Shown one piece after another: positions 1 to 8,822 of a stretch of DNA of 64,000 bases. Made by a program: the position numbers and the translations under genes. Location of the stretch: IMG/VR virus record IMGVR_UViG_3300021375_002229; one strand, written 5' to 3'. Position 1 is the stretch's first letter. Each line of letters starts with the position of its first letter. The stretch comes from an uncultured virus (IMG/VR IMGVR_UViG_3300021375_002229). Its lineage: Duplodnaviria; Heunggongvirae; Uroviricota; Caudoviricetes. Below the pieces are notes generated by a model. That model had not been told where the DNA came from. It was given only the letters and a program-made list of their open reading frames with translations, and searched no databases.

Positions 1-1
1 A

Positions 2-760
2 GGAGTTTTAGGATGGCACACTTACCTACAACAAAATGGTATTCCATTTGAAGGTATGGAGGCTCAATTTGAAACTCGTAAGATTTTTTCTCAGTTAAAG
101 ATAGAATCAGAAAGAGCATCAAGAGATTTAGCATCAGAATATGGTGAACCACTATGGTGTAGAGAAAGTGGATTTAGAAATACTCACTTAAGAGCAGTTG
201 CTCCAACAGTTAGTAACTCTAAATTAGCTGGAAATGTATCTGCTGGTATTGAACCTTGGGCAGCGAATGTATTCACCGAACAAACTGCAAAAGGAACTTT
301 CATTAGAAAGAACAATGAGTTAGTAAAGGTTCTAAGAAAAGCAGGTATTAACAACAAAGAAACTTGGGATAAGATAATGGAAGATGGGGGTTCAGTACAA
401 GATATCAAAGAACTAAGTAAATGGTGTTACTTAGAAGGTAAAATGGTACTTTGTAATGAAATCGAAAATGGAGATAGAGAAAAAATATACCCTGTCAAGG
501 ATGTGTTCAGAACGTTTAAGGAAATCAACCAAATGGACTTGGTTAAACAAGCTGGTGTAAGACAACAGTATATTGACCAAGGAGTTTCCTTAAACCTAGC
601 GTTCCCATCTATTGCTTCACCAAAGTGGATTAATCAAGTTACAATGGAAGCTTGGAAGCAGGGAATTAAAACGTTATATTATATGAGAACTGAATCAGTT
701 CTTAGAGGTGATATCGCAACAAGAGCAGTTGATCCAGATTGTGTTGCGTGTGATGGTTAA
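2..760 (+). CDS. nrdA: Class Ia ribonucleotide reductase alpha subunit, C-terminal part (5' truncated by window)
   Basis: Frame open from base 2 (GVLGWHTYLQ); AVAPTVSNS, GIEP, YIDQGVSLN, KTLYYMR and C-terminal CVACDG redox pair. Confidence 0.95.
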   Translation, partial: GVLGWHTYLQQNGIPFEGMEAQFETRKIFSQLKIESERASRDLASEYGEPLWCRESGFRNTHLRAVAPTVSNSKLAGNVSAGIEPWAANVFTEQTAKGTFIRKNNELVKVLRKAGINNKETWDKIMEDGGSVQDIKELSKWCYLEGKMVLCNEIENGDREKIYPVKDVFRTFKEINQMDLVKQAGVRQQYIDQGVSLNLAFPSIASPKWINQVTMEAWKQGIKTLYYMRTESVLRGDIATRAVDPDCVACDG

Positions 761-786
761 AATAATAATTTAATAGGAGAAAAAAA

Positions 787-1053
787 ATGATTGAAGTAAA
801 AAAATTCTACGCAGAATGGTGCGGCCCATGTAAAATGTTAACACCGATTATGGAAAAAGTTAAAACAGGTTATTCAGATGTATCTTTTAGGAATATAAAT
901 ATTGATGAAGAATTTGAAGTTGCCCAAAAATACTTTGTACGGTCAGTACCAACAGTTATTATTGAAAAGGATGGAGAAGAAGTTGGTAGATACTCAGGAC
1001 TTCAATCAGAACTTACATACAAGAACGCTCTTAATGAATTGAAGAGTGTATAA
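787..1053 (+). CDS. trxA: Thioredoxin
   Basis: WCGPC active site; directly after RNR; AGGAG at 775-779. Confidence 0.95.
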   Translation: MIEVKKFYAEWCGPCKMLTPIMEKVKTGYSDVSFRNINIDEEFEVAQKYFVRSVPTVIIEKDGEEVGRYSGLQSELTYKNALNELKSV

Positions 1054-1119
1054 TATTAAAAAAGTTACAATTTGGTAACATTACTTTTACATATATACAA
1101 TAGTTATTAAAAGACAAAA

Positions 1120-1266
1120 ATGGTTTACATGGACACTATCCAAAATATCATAAACAACGAAAGTTGTGATAGCACTTACACCCCTAACCTGGGGAAATTT
1201 ACAAGCACAAATACAATACACGAAAATATTAAAATTTACTATGAAATCAGTAACGATGGTTCGTAG
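1120..1266 (+). CDS. Possible 48-aa small ORF (MVYMDTIQN...ISNDGS) in the TonB-receptor leader
   Basis: Manually translated ATG1120..TAG1266 with A-rich upstream; below the ORF-track cutoff. Confidence 0.4.
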   Translation: MVYMDTIQNIINNESCDSTYTPNLGKFTSTNTIHENIKIYYEISNDGS

Positions 1267-1312
1267 TATGCAATTAGTTATGTTTAATTTAATCAAAAAT
1301 CAGAAATTACAA

Positions 1313-4015
1313 ATGAAAAAACTATTATTAGTTGGATTGATGATGTTATCATCATTTAGTACTTTTGCACAAATTAGTGGAAAAGTAGTTGATTCTGATG
1401 GTAAACAACCATTACCAGGAGCAACCATTCTTGTACAAGGTACAGATGATGGAGTTGTTACTGATTTCGATGGAAACTTTACTATTCAATCGGCAAACGC
1501 AGGAGATACTCTCCTATTTTCATATCTAGGATATGAATCTAAAGAAGTAACTGCGAAAGATGGACTGTTGGTGGAATTACTACAAGGCTTGAATGCACTT
1601 CAAGAAGTAGTTGTTACATCAGGAGTAATTGATGTTGCGAAGGTGAGAGAAACACCAGTAGCAGTATCAACGATTAGGGCAAGTGAAATTGCACTAAAGG
1701 TGGGTAACTTAGAGTTCCCAGAAATCATGAACAAGACACCTGGTGTCTACGCTACCAAACAAGGTGGTGGTTACGGTGATTCAAGAATCTCTTTAAGAGG
1801 ATTCGACCAAAGAAACACATCATTCCTTATCAATGGGCAACCAGTAAATGATATGGAAAATGGATGGGTTTATTGGAGTAACTGGCAAGGTCTTACTGAT
1901 GTTGCAAGTGGAATCCAAATTCAGAGAGGTTTAGGAGCTTCAAGATTAGCAGTACCATCAGTAGGTGGAACTGTATCAATCTTTACAAGAGCTGCTGAAA
2001 AAGAAGAAGGTGGTTCTGTTGCTCAAATGGCAGGGAACGATGGATACTTCAAAACTACTGCTACCTATAATACAGGTAAAAACGAAAAAGGATGGGCTTC
2101 ATCTTTCTTGTTATCAAGATGGCAAGGTGATGGATATATCTACAACACAAGTGGTGAGGGATATACTTACTTTTTCGCAGTTGGTTATTCACCAGAAGGT
2201 TCAAAGCACGATTTGAACTTTTCTTTCTTAGGGGCTGGACAATGGCACCATCAGAGAGATGTGTGGGTATCTATTAGAGATTACCAAAACTTCGGTTCTG
2301 AAGGAATTGATAGAAGATGGAACTCAAATGGTGGTACTTACCAAGGTGAAGAATTTTCTATGAGAAGAAACTTCTACAACAAACCATTAGCAACATTTAA
2401 CTGGGATTACCAAATCTCTGATAACGTTAAACTTGCTACATCGTTATATGGTTCAGCAGGTAGAGGTGGAGGAACAGGTCCAAGAGGTAGAAATTACTAC
2501 AACTCGGAAACTGATATTCTTCCTTTCAGAAAAGATTTAACTGAACACTACTTAGAAAATGGTAGAGGTTCAAGAACTGCAGATGGATTTATCGATTACG
2601 ATGCAGTAGTTGCATTCCAAACTTCTAATACCGATGCTTATAGTGGTGGTATTAGTGGATACGATGGACAACTTATCGCATCTAATGGATTCAAAGATGA
2701 TGGTGTAAATAGAGCTGGTCTTATTAGAAGAGCATCTATGAACTCTCATGACTGGGTTGGAGCAATCTCTAACTTAGAAATCGATAGTGGTAAATTTAAG
2801 TACTCAATCGGAATCGATTTAAGAAACTATAAAGGATATCATTATAGAACTATAAATAACCTAATGGGATTTGATGGTTACTACTCAACTGGTAACAAGA
2901 ACTCAGCAGGACAAATTCTTAACACTACAATTGAAGCTTCTCCATTCCAAAATACTGGAATTAGAGGACCAAAGATTGACTATTACAACATTGGATATGT
3001 TGGATGGCAAGGTGTTAATGGTTTGATTGAATACAATGATGATTCTAAACTAACTGCAGTATTACAAGCAGGTTTATCTAATCAATCATTCCAAAGAGAA
3101 GATTTATTTGACCAACCAGCACTACCATTATCTGAAAAAGTTAATGTAGGTGGTGGATATCTTAAAGGTGGTGCAAACTACAACTTTAATGAAAAATCAA
3201 ATGTATTCTTCAACGCAGGTTTCATTTCAAGACAACCTCAGTTTGGAACTGTATTCCCTAACTACGCAAACCTCGTTAACGATGATTTGCAAAATGAAGA
3301 AATTCGTTCAGTAGAATTAGGATATGGATTCACATCAGCTAAATTTAATGCTAACGTAAACCTTTACTCTACAACATGGGGTAACAGATTCGTTACAAGA
3401 AGTTTATCTAACCAACAAGGTGTTGATGGTTCTGCACAATTTAGAAACATTGATGTTGTACACAATGGTATCGAATTTGAAGGTACATATAGAGCAACCT
3501 CTAAGTTAACTCTTAAAGGTATGTTATCAATTGGTGATTGGAGATACACAAAAGATTTCTCAGCAGAGTTATTTGATGAAAATCAACAATCAATTGGTAC
3601 AGGTACTCTTTATACCAAAGATGCTAAAGTTGGTGATGCAGCACAATTCACTTCTTACTTCGAAGCTGATTACAGATTAGGTAGATTCAATGTAGATTTA
3701 GGATATAGATTCATAGATGGATTATATGCTGATTACTCTATTACAGATTCTGCATTTACTTCACCTGATAATGATGGAGCATTACAATTACCATCGTATG
3801 GTTTAGTAGATGGTGGTGTTACTTTTAATATTGGTAAAGGATTATCCTTTAGAGCAAATGTTAATAACCTATTAGATACAGTTTATATTGCTGAATCTAA
3901 TTCTAACATTCATGCTACTTCAACTTCAACAACTTGGAATGGTATAGATACGAGAAACTCAGTATGGTTCGGATTCGGACGTACATGGAACGCTTCTCTT
4001 AAGTACAGATTCTAA
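1313..4015 (+). CDS. TonB-dependent outer-membrane receptor (Bacteroidota type, N-terminal CarboxypepD_reg-like domain)
   Basis: Likely start MKKLLLVGLMMLSSFSTFAQ (signal peptide) at 1313; ISGKVVD..PLPGATI..TDFDGNF; EVVVT TonB-box-like; plug ISLRGF..LINGQPVN; terminal NNLLD...GRTWNASLKYRF. Confidence 0.93.
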   Translation: MKKLLLVGLMMLSSFSTFAQISGKVVDSDGKQPLPGATILVQGTDDGVVTDFDGNFTIQSANAGDTLLFSYLGYESKEVTAKDGLLVELLQGLNALQEVVVTSGVIDVAKVRETPVAVSTIRASEIALKVGNLEFPEIMNKTPGVYATKQGGGYGDSRISLRGFDQRNTSFLINGQPVNDMENGWVYWSNWQGLTDVASGIQIQRGLGASRLAVPSVGGTVSIFTRAAEKEEGGSVAQMAGNDGYFKTTATYNTGKNEKGWASSFLLSRWQGDGYIYNTSGEGYTYFFAVGYSPEGSKHDLNFSFLGAGQWHHQRDVWVSIRDYQNFGSEGIDRRWNSNGGTYQGEEFSMRRNFYNKPLATFNWDYQISDNVKLATSLYGSAGRGGGTGPRGRNYYNSETDILPFRKDLTEHYLENGRGSRTADGFIDYDAVVAFQTSNTDAYSGGISGYDGQLIASNGFKDDGVNRAGLIRRASMNSHDWVGAISNLEIDSGKFKYSIGIDLRNYKGYHYRTINNLMGFDGYYSTGNKNSAGQILNTTIEASPFQNTGIRGPKIDYYNIGYVGWQGVNGLIEYNDDSKLTAVLQAGLSNQSFQREDLFDQPALPLSEKVNVGGGYLKGGANYNFNEKSNVFFNAGFISRQPQFGTVFPNYANLVNDDLQNEEIRSVELGYGFTSAKFNANVNLYSTTWGNRFVTRSLSNQQGVDGSAQFRNIDVVHNGIEFEGTYRATSKLTLKGMLSIGDWRYTKDFSAELFDENQQSIGTGTLYTKDAKVGDAAQFTSYFEADYRLGRFNVDLGYRFIDGLYADYSITDSAFTSPDNDGALQLPSYGLVDGGVTFNIGKGLSFRANVNNLLDTVYIAESNSNIHATSTSTTWNGIDTRNSVWFGFGRTWNASLKYRF

Positions 4016-4029
4016 GAATCAAAATAATT

Positions 4030-4057
4030 AAAAGGGGGTTTAATTACCCCCTTTTTT
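4030..4057 (+). terminator. Rho-independent terminator
   Basis: AAAAGGGGGT-TTAATT-ACCCCC-TTTTTT hairpin with T tract right after the receptor stop. Confidence 0.9.
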
Positions 4058-4082
4058 ATTTAATAACAAACAAAAAAACATT

Positions 4083-4304
4083 ATGGATTGGTATGAGGTA
4101 ATAGGGTGGATTGGTAATTTGTTAGTAATAACACAGTTTCTACAAAAGGACATGTTAAAACTAAGAATATTTGGTATATTAGGAGGAACTGTTTGGTTGG
4201 TTTATGCAACATTATTAGGAACAGTATCATTAGCAGTATTAAACTTTATAATTATATGCATACAAGTGTATCATATAAGAATATTATTAAAACAAAAAAA
4301 ATAA
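4083..4304 (+). CDS. Small inner-membrane protein (YgjV/PQ-loop-like, about 3 TM)
   Basis: Hydrophobic 73 aa; IGWIG...KLRI...WLVYA...N pattern. Confidence 0.6.
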   Translation: MDWYEVIGWIGNLLVITQFLQKDMLKLRIFGILGGTVWLVYATLLGTVSLAVLNFIIICIQVYHIRILLKQKK

Positions 4305-4841
4305 ATGAGTAAGTTAATAAATCTATTCGGTGGACCTGGTATTGGAAAATCTTCAATTGCTGCAGGTATAACTTACAAATTAAAAAAGAAACACATAAGT
4401 TGTAATAATCCTTATGAATTCCCAAAAAGATTAGCATGGGATAAAAACATCCCTGCAATTTCAGACCAACTTTATGTATTTGCAAATCAACATAGAGGAA
4501 TAGCTGAATGTTATGGTAAGGTAGATTATATAGTGATTGATTCACCAATTTTATTCTCTACGATTTACCACAGATATTATACAAAAGGATATCCTGCTGA
4601 ATTTTATAAACAACCCTTTCATGATTTTGTAATCGATTTACATAATCAGTATGATAGCGTGAATATTCTTTTAGAAAGAACCACCGAGGGTTCACATAAT
4701 GAAAAAGAAAGATACCAAGATTTAGAAGAATCGGTTGCTATCGATACATTATGTAAACAAGTATTAGATGATATTGGAGCACCATATCACACAATAAAGG
4801 TAGGACCCAAATCCGTTAAAAAAATATTAAAGTTGTTATGA
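4305..4841 (+). CDS. NadR/Ttd14-like P-loop kinase (AAA_28-like)
   Basis: INLFGGPGIGKS Walker A; IVIDSP; ERYQDLEES. Confidence 0.75.
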   Translation: MSKLINLFGGPGIGKSSIAAGITYKLKKKHISCNNPYEFPKRLAWDKNIPAISDQLYVFANQHRGIAECYGKVDYIVIDSPILFSTIYHRYYTKGYPAEFYKQPFHDFVIDLHNQYDSVNILLERTTEGSHNEKERYQDLEESVAIDTLCKQVLDDIGAPYHTIKVGPKSVKKILKLL

Positions 4842-5440
4842 TTCATTTTTTTGGAGATTCATTTACATTTGGCCAAGGTTGTACTGCAGAACATGAGTAC
4901 TATAAAAGAACATATGATGGTACTCAAAAAACTTGGGTAGAATTAATTGGTGAATATAAAAATGATGATTACAAGAATTATGGTATGCCAGGTATTGGAA
5001 ACCAAAAAATACTAGATTCAGTTGTAGAAAATCTTAGTAATATAAAAACAGGTGATATTGTTTTTCTTTCTCGTACACATGATGAAAGATTACAAATGCC
5101 TTATAAAAATCACTTTATAGATATTTTACCTGGAATGGTCTATGAACATGATGATGTAGATTCTGATTATTACAAAACAGTTAATGATTATGTTAAGTTT
5201 ATTTTATTTCCTCACTTTGAAGGAATTACTAATAGATATAATGTTTTATTTAATCGTATTACTGAATACTTTGAATCAATTAATGTAAAATGGATTAGAT
5301 GGGATGTAGAGAATCATACTATTAGAGATGGGAAAGCTGTATATTCTATAATATCAGATGAGTATTCTGATATAAAAGATTCACATTGGTCTTGGGAGGG
5401 GCATAAATCGTTTTTTGAAGGTATGAAAACACAACTTTAA
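4838..5440 (+). CDS. SGNH/GDSL-hydrolase-like protein
   Basis: FFGDSFTFG block I, GIGN, DSHWSWEGH block V. Confidence 0.7.
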   Translation: MIHFFGDSFTFGQGCTAEHEYYKRTYDGTQKTWVELIGEYKNDDYKNYGMPGIGNQKILDSVVENLSNIKTGDIVFLSRTHDERLQMPYKNHFIDILPGMVYEHDDVDSDYYKTVNDYVKFILFPHFEGITNRYNVLFNRITEYFESINVKWIRWDVENHTIRDGKAVYSIISDEYSDIKDSHWSWEGHKSFFEGMKTQL

Positions 5441-5472
5441 TTTGGATAATTAAATTATTTTTCGTATATTTA
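5441..5472 (+). promoter_or_regulatory. Bacteroidota sigma70-type promoter
   Basis: TTTG(5441)-N20-TATATTTA(5465). Confidence 0.75.
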
Positions 5473-5492
5473 CATAGTAAATAAGATAAGAT

Positions 5493-5846
5493 ATGATATT
5501 CGACCCACAAAACCAACTTACAGATGAAGAGTTAAACAAATTAGGTAAAGAAGATTTTGATTCTTTCTTAGAATATATTGATGGACAAGCAGCTCATCTA
5601 AAACAATTTACAAAACCACTTTCTTCATATCACACAAAAAGATTCGCATCACTTGAAAAAGCATCTCAAGGTAAAACTATAAGTGATGATGAATTAAAAA
5701 AAGCTGAAACTATTGGTAAGAAAAATGAACAAAAAGTTTTTGATAAAATAAAAGAAAGATTCGATGAGATGGAAAAAGATAATCCTAAGTACACCGATGA
5801 AGGAATCAAGAACATAAAGACTAATAGGTCACAATGGTTTGACTAA
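5493..5846 (+). CDS. Hypothetical protein
   Basis: 117-aa ORF right after promoter. Confidence 0.7.
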   Translation: MIFDPQNQLTDEELNKLGKEDFDSFLEYIDGQAAHLKQFTKPLSSYHTKRFASLEKASQGKTISDDELKKAETIGKKNEQKVFDKIKERFDEMEKDNPKYTDEGIKNIKTNRSQWFD

Positions 5847-6796
5847 TGATATATAAATTCGAAAATGATGTAAAAGAGCATATAGAGTATTTTTATGATA
5901 ATTATAAAAATATATGTAATTTTAATGAATATGATGAAAAAAGCTATTCAGTTGATTCACCTCTTTATGTATATGGGCAGGAAGTAATGGGTTTCCATAA
6001 TACTAAAATTAATTTAATTGAAAGAGTAGATAAAATTAGAAACTCAGGTAAAGATTCTTATATTTCAACAAGTACCATAACACCATCAGAATATGAATTA
6101 CATCCACTAGCCTCTTTACATATACATTGGTTTGAATTTCATCAAAGACATAATATAGCTTGGAATTTTAAATCTGCAAATCAAGCATTTGATAGTAATA
6201 TTTATGATTATAAAAAAGAATTAGTATTTGATAAAACTATTAAATCAATCTTATCTATAAGAAAGAGAACATTTAAAAGGAATTATTTATTTGATAAGCT
6301 AACGTATGATGAATTTTCAAATAATATATTAAGATATGCTAGATATATAGATAATCCTTCTGATGAAACTAAAGATGATATTGAACTTGCAAATAAATTT
6401 CCATCTTGGAATGAATTACAAGAAGAATATAAAAGTTCTATATTTTCATTTATAATAGAGACTGATTCTAAAGATAAAATGGAAAATAGTTGTCAGATAA
6501 GTGAAAAAACTATAATGGCTTTTATGAATGGTACTATACCAATAATATTAGGACAAAAATCTAATGTTAGATTACTTAAAGAACTCGGATTTTATGTTTG
6601 GAATGATGAATTTGGATACGGAGATTCAGATAAAAGTATTTGGTGGAAAGATAGGGTAAATGGATTTGTAAAATGTTATGATAATGTAAAAAAATTATCA
6701 TTTGATGAAAGTAAACAATATTGGTTAGATAATAAAGATAAAGTACAAAAAAATTACGATATAATATCTAACTTAATCGTAAAAAAATGGAAATAA
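5846..6796 (+). CDS. Hypothetical GT-B-like protein (paralog of 44871 and 52986)
   Basis: C-terminal FIIET..ISEKT...PIILG...LKELGF..W.DE motif. Confidence 0.55.
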   Translation: MIYKFENDVKEHIEYFYDNYKNICNFNEYDEKSYSVDSPLYVYGQEVMGFHNTKINLIERVDKIRNSGKDSYISTSTITPSEYELHPLASLHIHWFEFHQRHNIAWNFKSANQAFDSNIYDYKKELVFDKTIKSILSIRKRTFKRNYLFDKLTYDEFSNNILRYARYIDNPSDETKDDIELANKFPSWNELQEEYKSSIFSFIIETDSKDKMENSCQISEKTIMAFMNGTIPIILGQKSNVRLLKELGFYVWNDEFGYGDSDKSIWWKDRVNGFVKCYDNVKKLSFDESKQYWLDNKDKVQKNYDIISNLIVKKWK

Positions 6797-6803
6797 ATAA
6801 ATT

Positions 6804-7055
6804 ATGGCAGATATATTAGGACAACAACAAAAGCAACCAAAAGTAGATTTAAAACAAGCCAAAGAAATGGTTTGTACAAGTGATGAATGTGATGGAAGTG
6901 TATTCATACAAGGAACTAAGTTCTTGAAATTATCAAGAATAGCAACAGGACAACCCAAGGATGCAATAATTCCAGTCGAATTATATTTATGTGGGGATTG
7001 TGGGGAAATAAATGCAGATTTATTACCTGATGAATTAAAACCAATTATAACATAA
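6804..7055 (+). CDS. Small Zn-ribbon-like protein
   Basis: CxxxxC...CxxC. Confidence 0.6.
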   Translation: MADILGQQQKQPKVDLKQAKEMVCTSDECDGSVFIQGTKFLKLSRIATGQPKDAIIPVELYLCGDCGEINADLLPDELKPIIT

Positions 7056-7056
7056 T

Positions 7057-7506
7057 ATGGCAAAATCATTATTTGACCACATAAAGGCAATTACTAACGA
7101 ACAAAATCCAGACTATTGGGTAACTTTAGATGATGGGGATAAGAAAACTTGGAGTAATTACATGATTCATAGATTTCTTTCTATGAACAAAGATTGGATT
7201 CAAGTACTTTCAGAAATACAACCATATACTCAAGTATTAGAACCAAATCAACTTTATCTTGCTCTTATTGGATTACTACCAAAAGGTAGGCATTATCTAA
7301 AATACACTAAAGGTAAAAACGATACCAAATACGAAGGATGGTTGGTAGAACTAATCATTAAAGAATTTACTTGTTCTAAAAAAGAGGCATTAGAATATCT
7401 TGAGATATTTTATGCAACTAAAGAGGGTAGAGAGAATGTAAAGTATATTTGTGAAAAATATGGTATTGAAAAAAAGCAAATAACTAAACTAAAATTAAAG
7501 GTTTAA
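7057..7506 (+). CDS. Clamp-loader small subunit-like protein (T4 gp62-like)
   Basis: LFDHIKAI...YMIHRFLSM...LLPKGRHYLKYTK...CSKKEALEYL pattern. Confidence 0.65.
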   Translation: MAKSLFDHIKAITNEQNPDYWVTLDDGDKKTWSNYMIHRFLSMNKDWIQVLSEIQPYTQVLEPNQLYLALIGLLPKGRHYLKYTKGKNDTKYEGWLVELIIKEFTCSKKEALEYLEIFYATKEGRENVKYICEKYGIEKKQITKLKLKV

Positions 7507-7509
7507 ATA

Positions 7510-7541
7510 TTTGGATTTCTCATTTATTTTTCGTATCTTTA
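7510..7541 (+). promoter_or_regulatory. Bacteroidota sigma70-type promoter
   Basis: TTTG(7510)-N20-TATCTTTA(7534). Confidence 0.75.
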
Positions 7542-7562
7542 CATAGTAAAAGATAAAATATT

Positions 7563-8423
7563 ATGGCAAGAGTAAGTTATTCTCAATATGGTATGTATTC
7601 AACCTGTCAAGAACAGTACAAACTAAACTATATTGATAAGTTAGGAACATCCTCAGCAAACATTCACACAATTTTCGGTAGTGCAATGCACGAAACAATA
7701 CAACACTTCTTAGATGTGATGTATAACGTTACTAAAAAACAAGCCTTACAACTCAACTTAGAACAAATGTTATACAAACAAATGGTAGAACATTTTACTA
7801 AGGAATCTGAGAAGATGGAAGATGGTATGTATCCATGTAAAAAAGAAGAGTTAGGTGAATTCTTTGAAGATGGTAAAGCAATATTAGGATACTTTATAAG
7901 TAAATTAGATAAGTTATATACCAAGACTGGTTATGAATTGGTAGCAATAGAACAGAGATTGAATGCTGAGATTAAACCTGGTGTTCATTTCATTGGTTTT
8001 ATTGATGTACTTCTAAAAGATAAAACTACACAAGATTATATTATCATTGACTTAAAAACTTCAACAAGAGGTTGGAACAAATATCAAAAGAATGATAAGA
8101 TAAAAACCTCACAGATGTTACTTTATAAAAAGTTTTATTCAGATAAGTACGATATACCTTTAGATAAAATCAAAGTAGAATATCAGATACTTAAAAGAAA
8201 ATTATGGGAAGGTGTAGATTTTCCTATACCAAGAATATCTAAGTTCGTTCCTGCCAATGGTAAACCTTCAATGAACATGGCTTGGAATGGATTCAAAGGA
8301 TTTGTTGATTCCGTATTCGCTGATGGTGGTGATATCATACAAGAAGTGTTTCCACCAAACAAAGGTAAGCAATGTGATTGGTGTGAATTCAAAACAAGAA
8401 AACTTTGTTCTTTGTGGAATTAA
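7563..8423 (+). CDS. PD-(D/E)XK (RecB/Cas4-like) exonuclease with Fe-S Cys cluster
   Basis: SYSQ..C, GSAMH, GFIDV, IIDLKT, QMLLY, C-terminal CDWCEFK...C. Confidence 0.85.
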   Translation: MARVSYSQYGMYSTCQEQYKLNYIDKLGTSSANIHTIFGSAMHETIQHFLDVMYNVTKKQALQLNLEQMLYKQMVEHFTKESEKMEDGMYPCKKEELGEFFEDGKAILGYFISKLDKLYTKTGYELVAIEQRLNAEIKPGVHFIGFIDVLLKDKTTQDYIIIDLKTSTRGWNKYQKNDKIKTSQMLLYKKFYSDKYDIPLDKIKVEYQILKRKLWEGVDFPIPRISKFVPANGKPSMNMAWNGFKGFVDSVFADGGDIIQEVFPPNKGKQCDWCEFKTRKLCSLWN

Positions 8424-8477
8424 TCATCTGTTTTTTATATTTGTATATATTTATATAAAACAATAAAATAGAGAGTT

Positions 8478-8672
8478 ATGGCAGATACAAAACTGACAAC
8501 AGTAAAAATTGTAAAAGATATTTACTCATCGTTTAAAAGAATTTCTTTTGATTCAAACATTACATTACAAAAATTAGTAAATCGTTCTGTACACAAGTAC
8601 ATCAACGAAGATGAATTTAGAGATGATGTAAACAATTACACAGAACTACAAGTTAGTGGTTCGCAATTTTAA
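8478..8672 (+). CDS. Small ribbon-helix-helix-like DNA-binding protein
   Basis: LTTVKI strand followed by two helices (TLQKLVNRSV). Confidence 0.5.
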   Translation: MADTKLTTVKIVKDIYSSFKRISFDSNITLQKLVNRSVHKYINEDEFRDDVNNYTELQVSGSQF

Positions 8673-8674
8673 AT

Positions 8675-8812
8675 ATGAAACGAGAAGATAACGGCAATAC
8701 CCAACTTAATACTATTCGTAGTGAATTCAACGATAGGGTTGAAAATAAAACCTACTTAGGTAATACAATACGAGTAAAATTAAACTCAAAAAGACGTTAC
8801 AGAACAATTTAA
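8675..8812 (+). CDS. Hypothetical 45-aa protein
   Basis: Manually translated MKREDNGNTQ...RRYRTI; fills the gap between genes. Confidence 0.55.
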   Translation: MKREDNGNTQLNTIRSEFNDRVENKTYLGNTIRVKLNSKRRYRTI

Positions 8813-8822
8813 TAACATTTTA

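Noticed and set aside
1166..1312. 49-residue N-terminal extension of the TonB receptor in the ORF track
   Set aside because: A clear signal peptide begins at ATG 1313; the upstream part lacks protein-like features
7563..8423. Cas4 as part of a CRISPR-Cas locus
   Set aside because: No cas1, cas2 or array nearby; stand-alone PD-(D/E)XK exonucleases are common in phages
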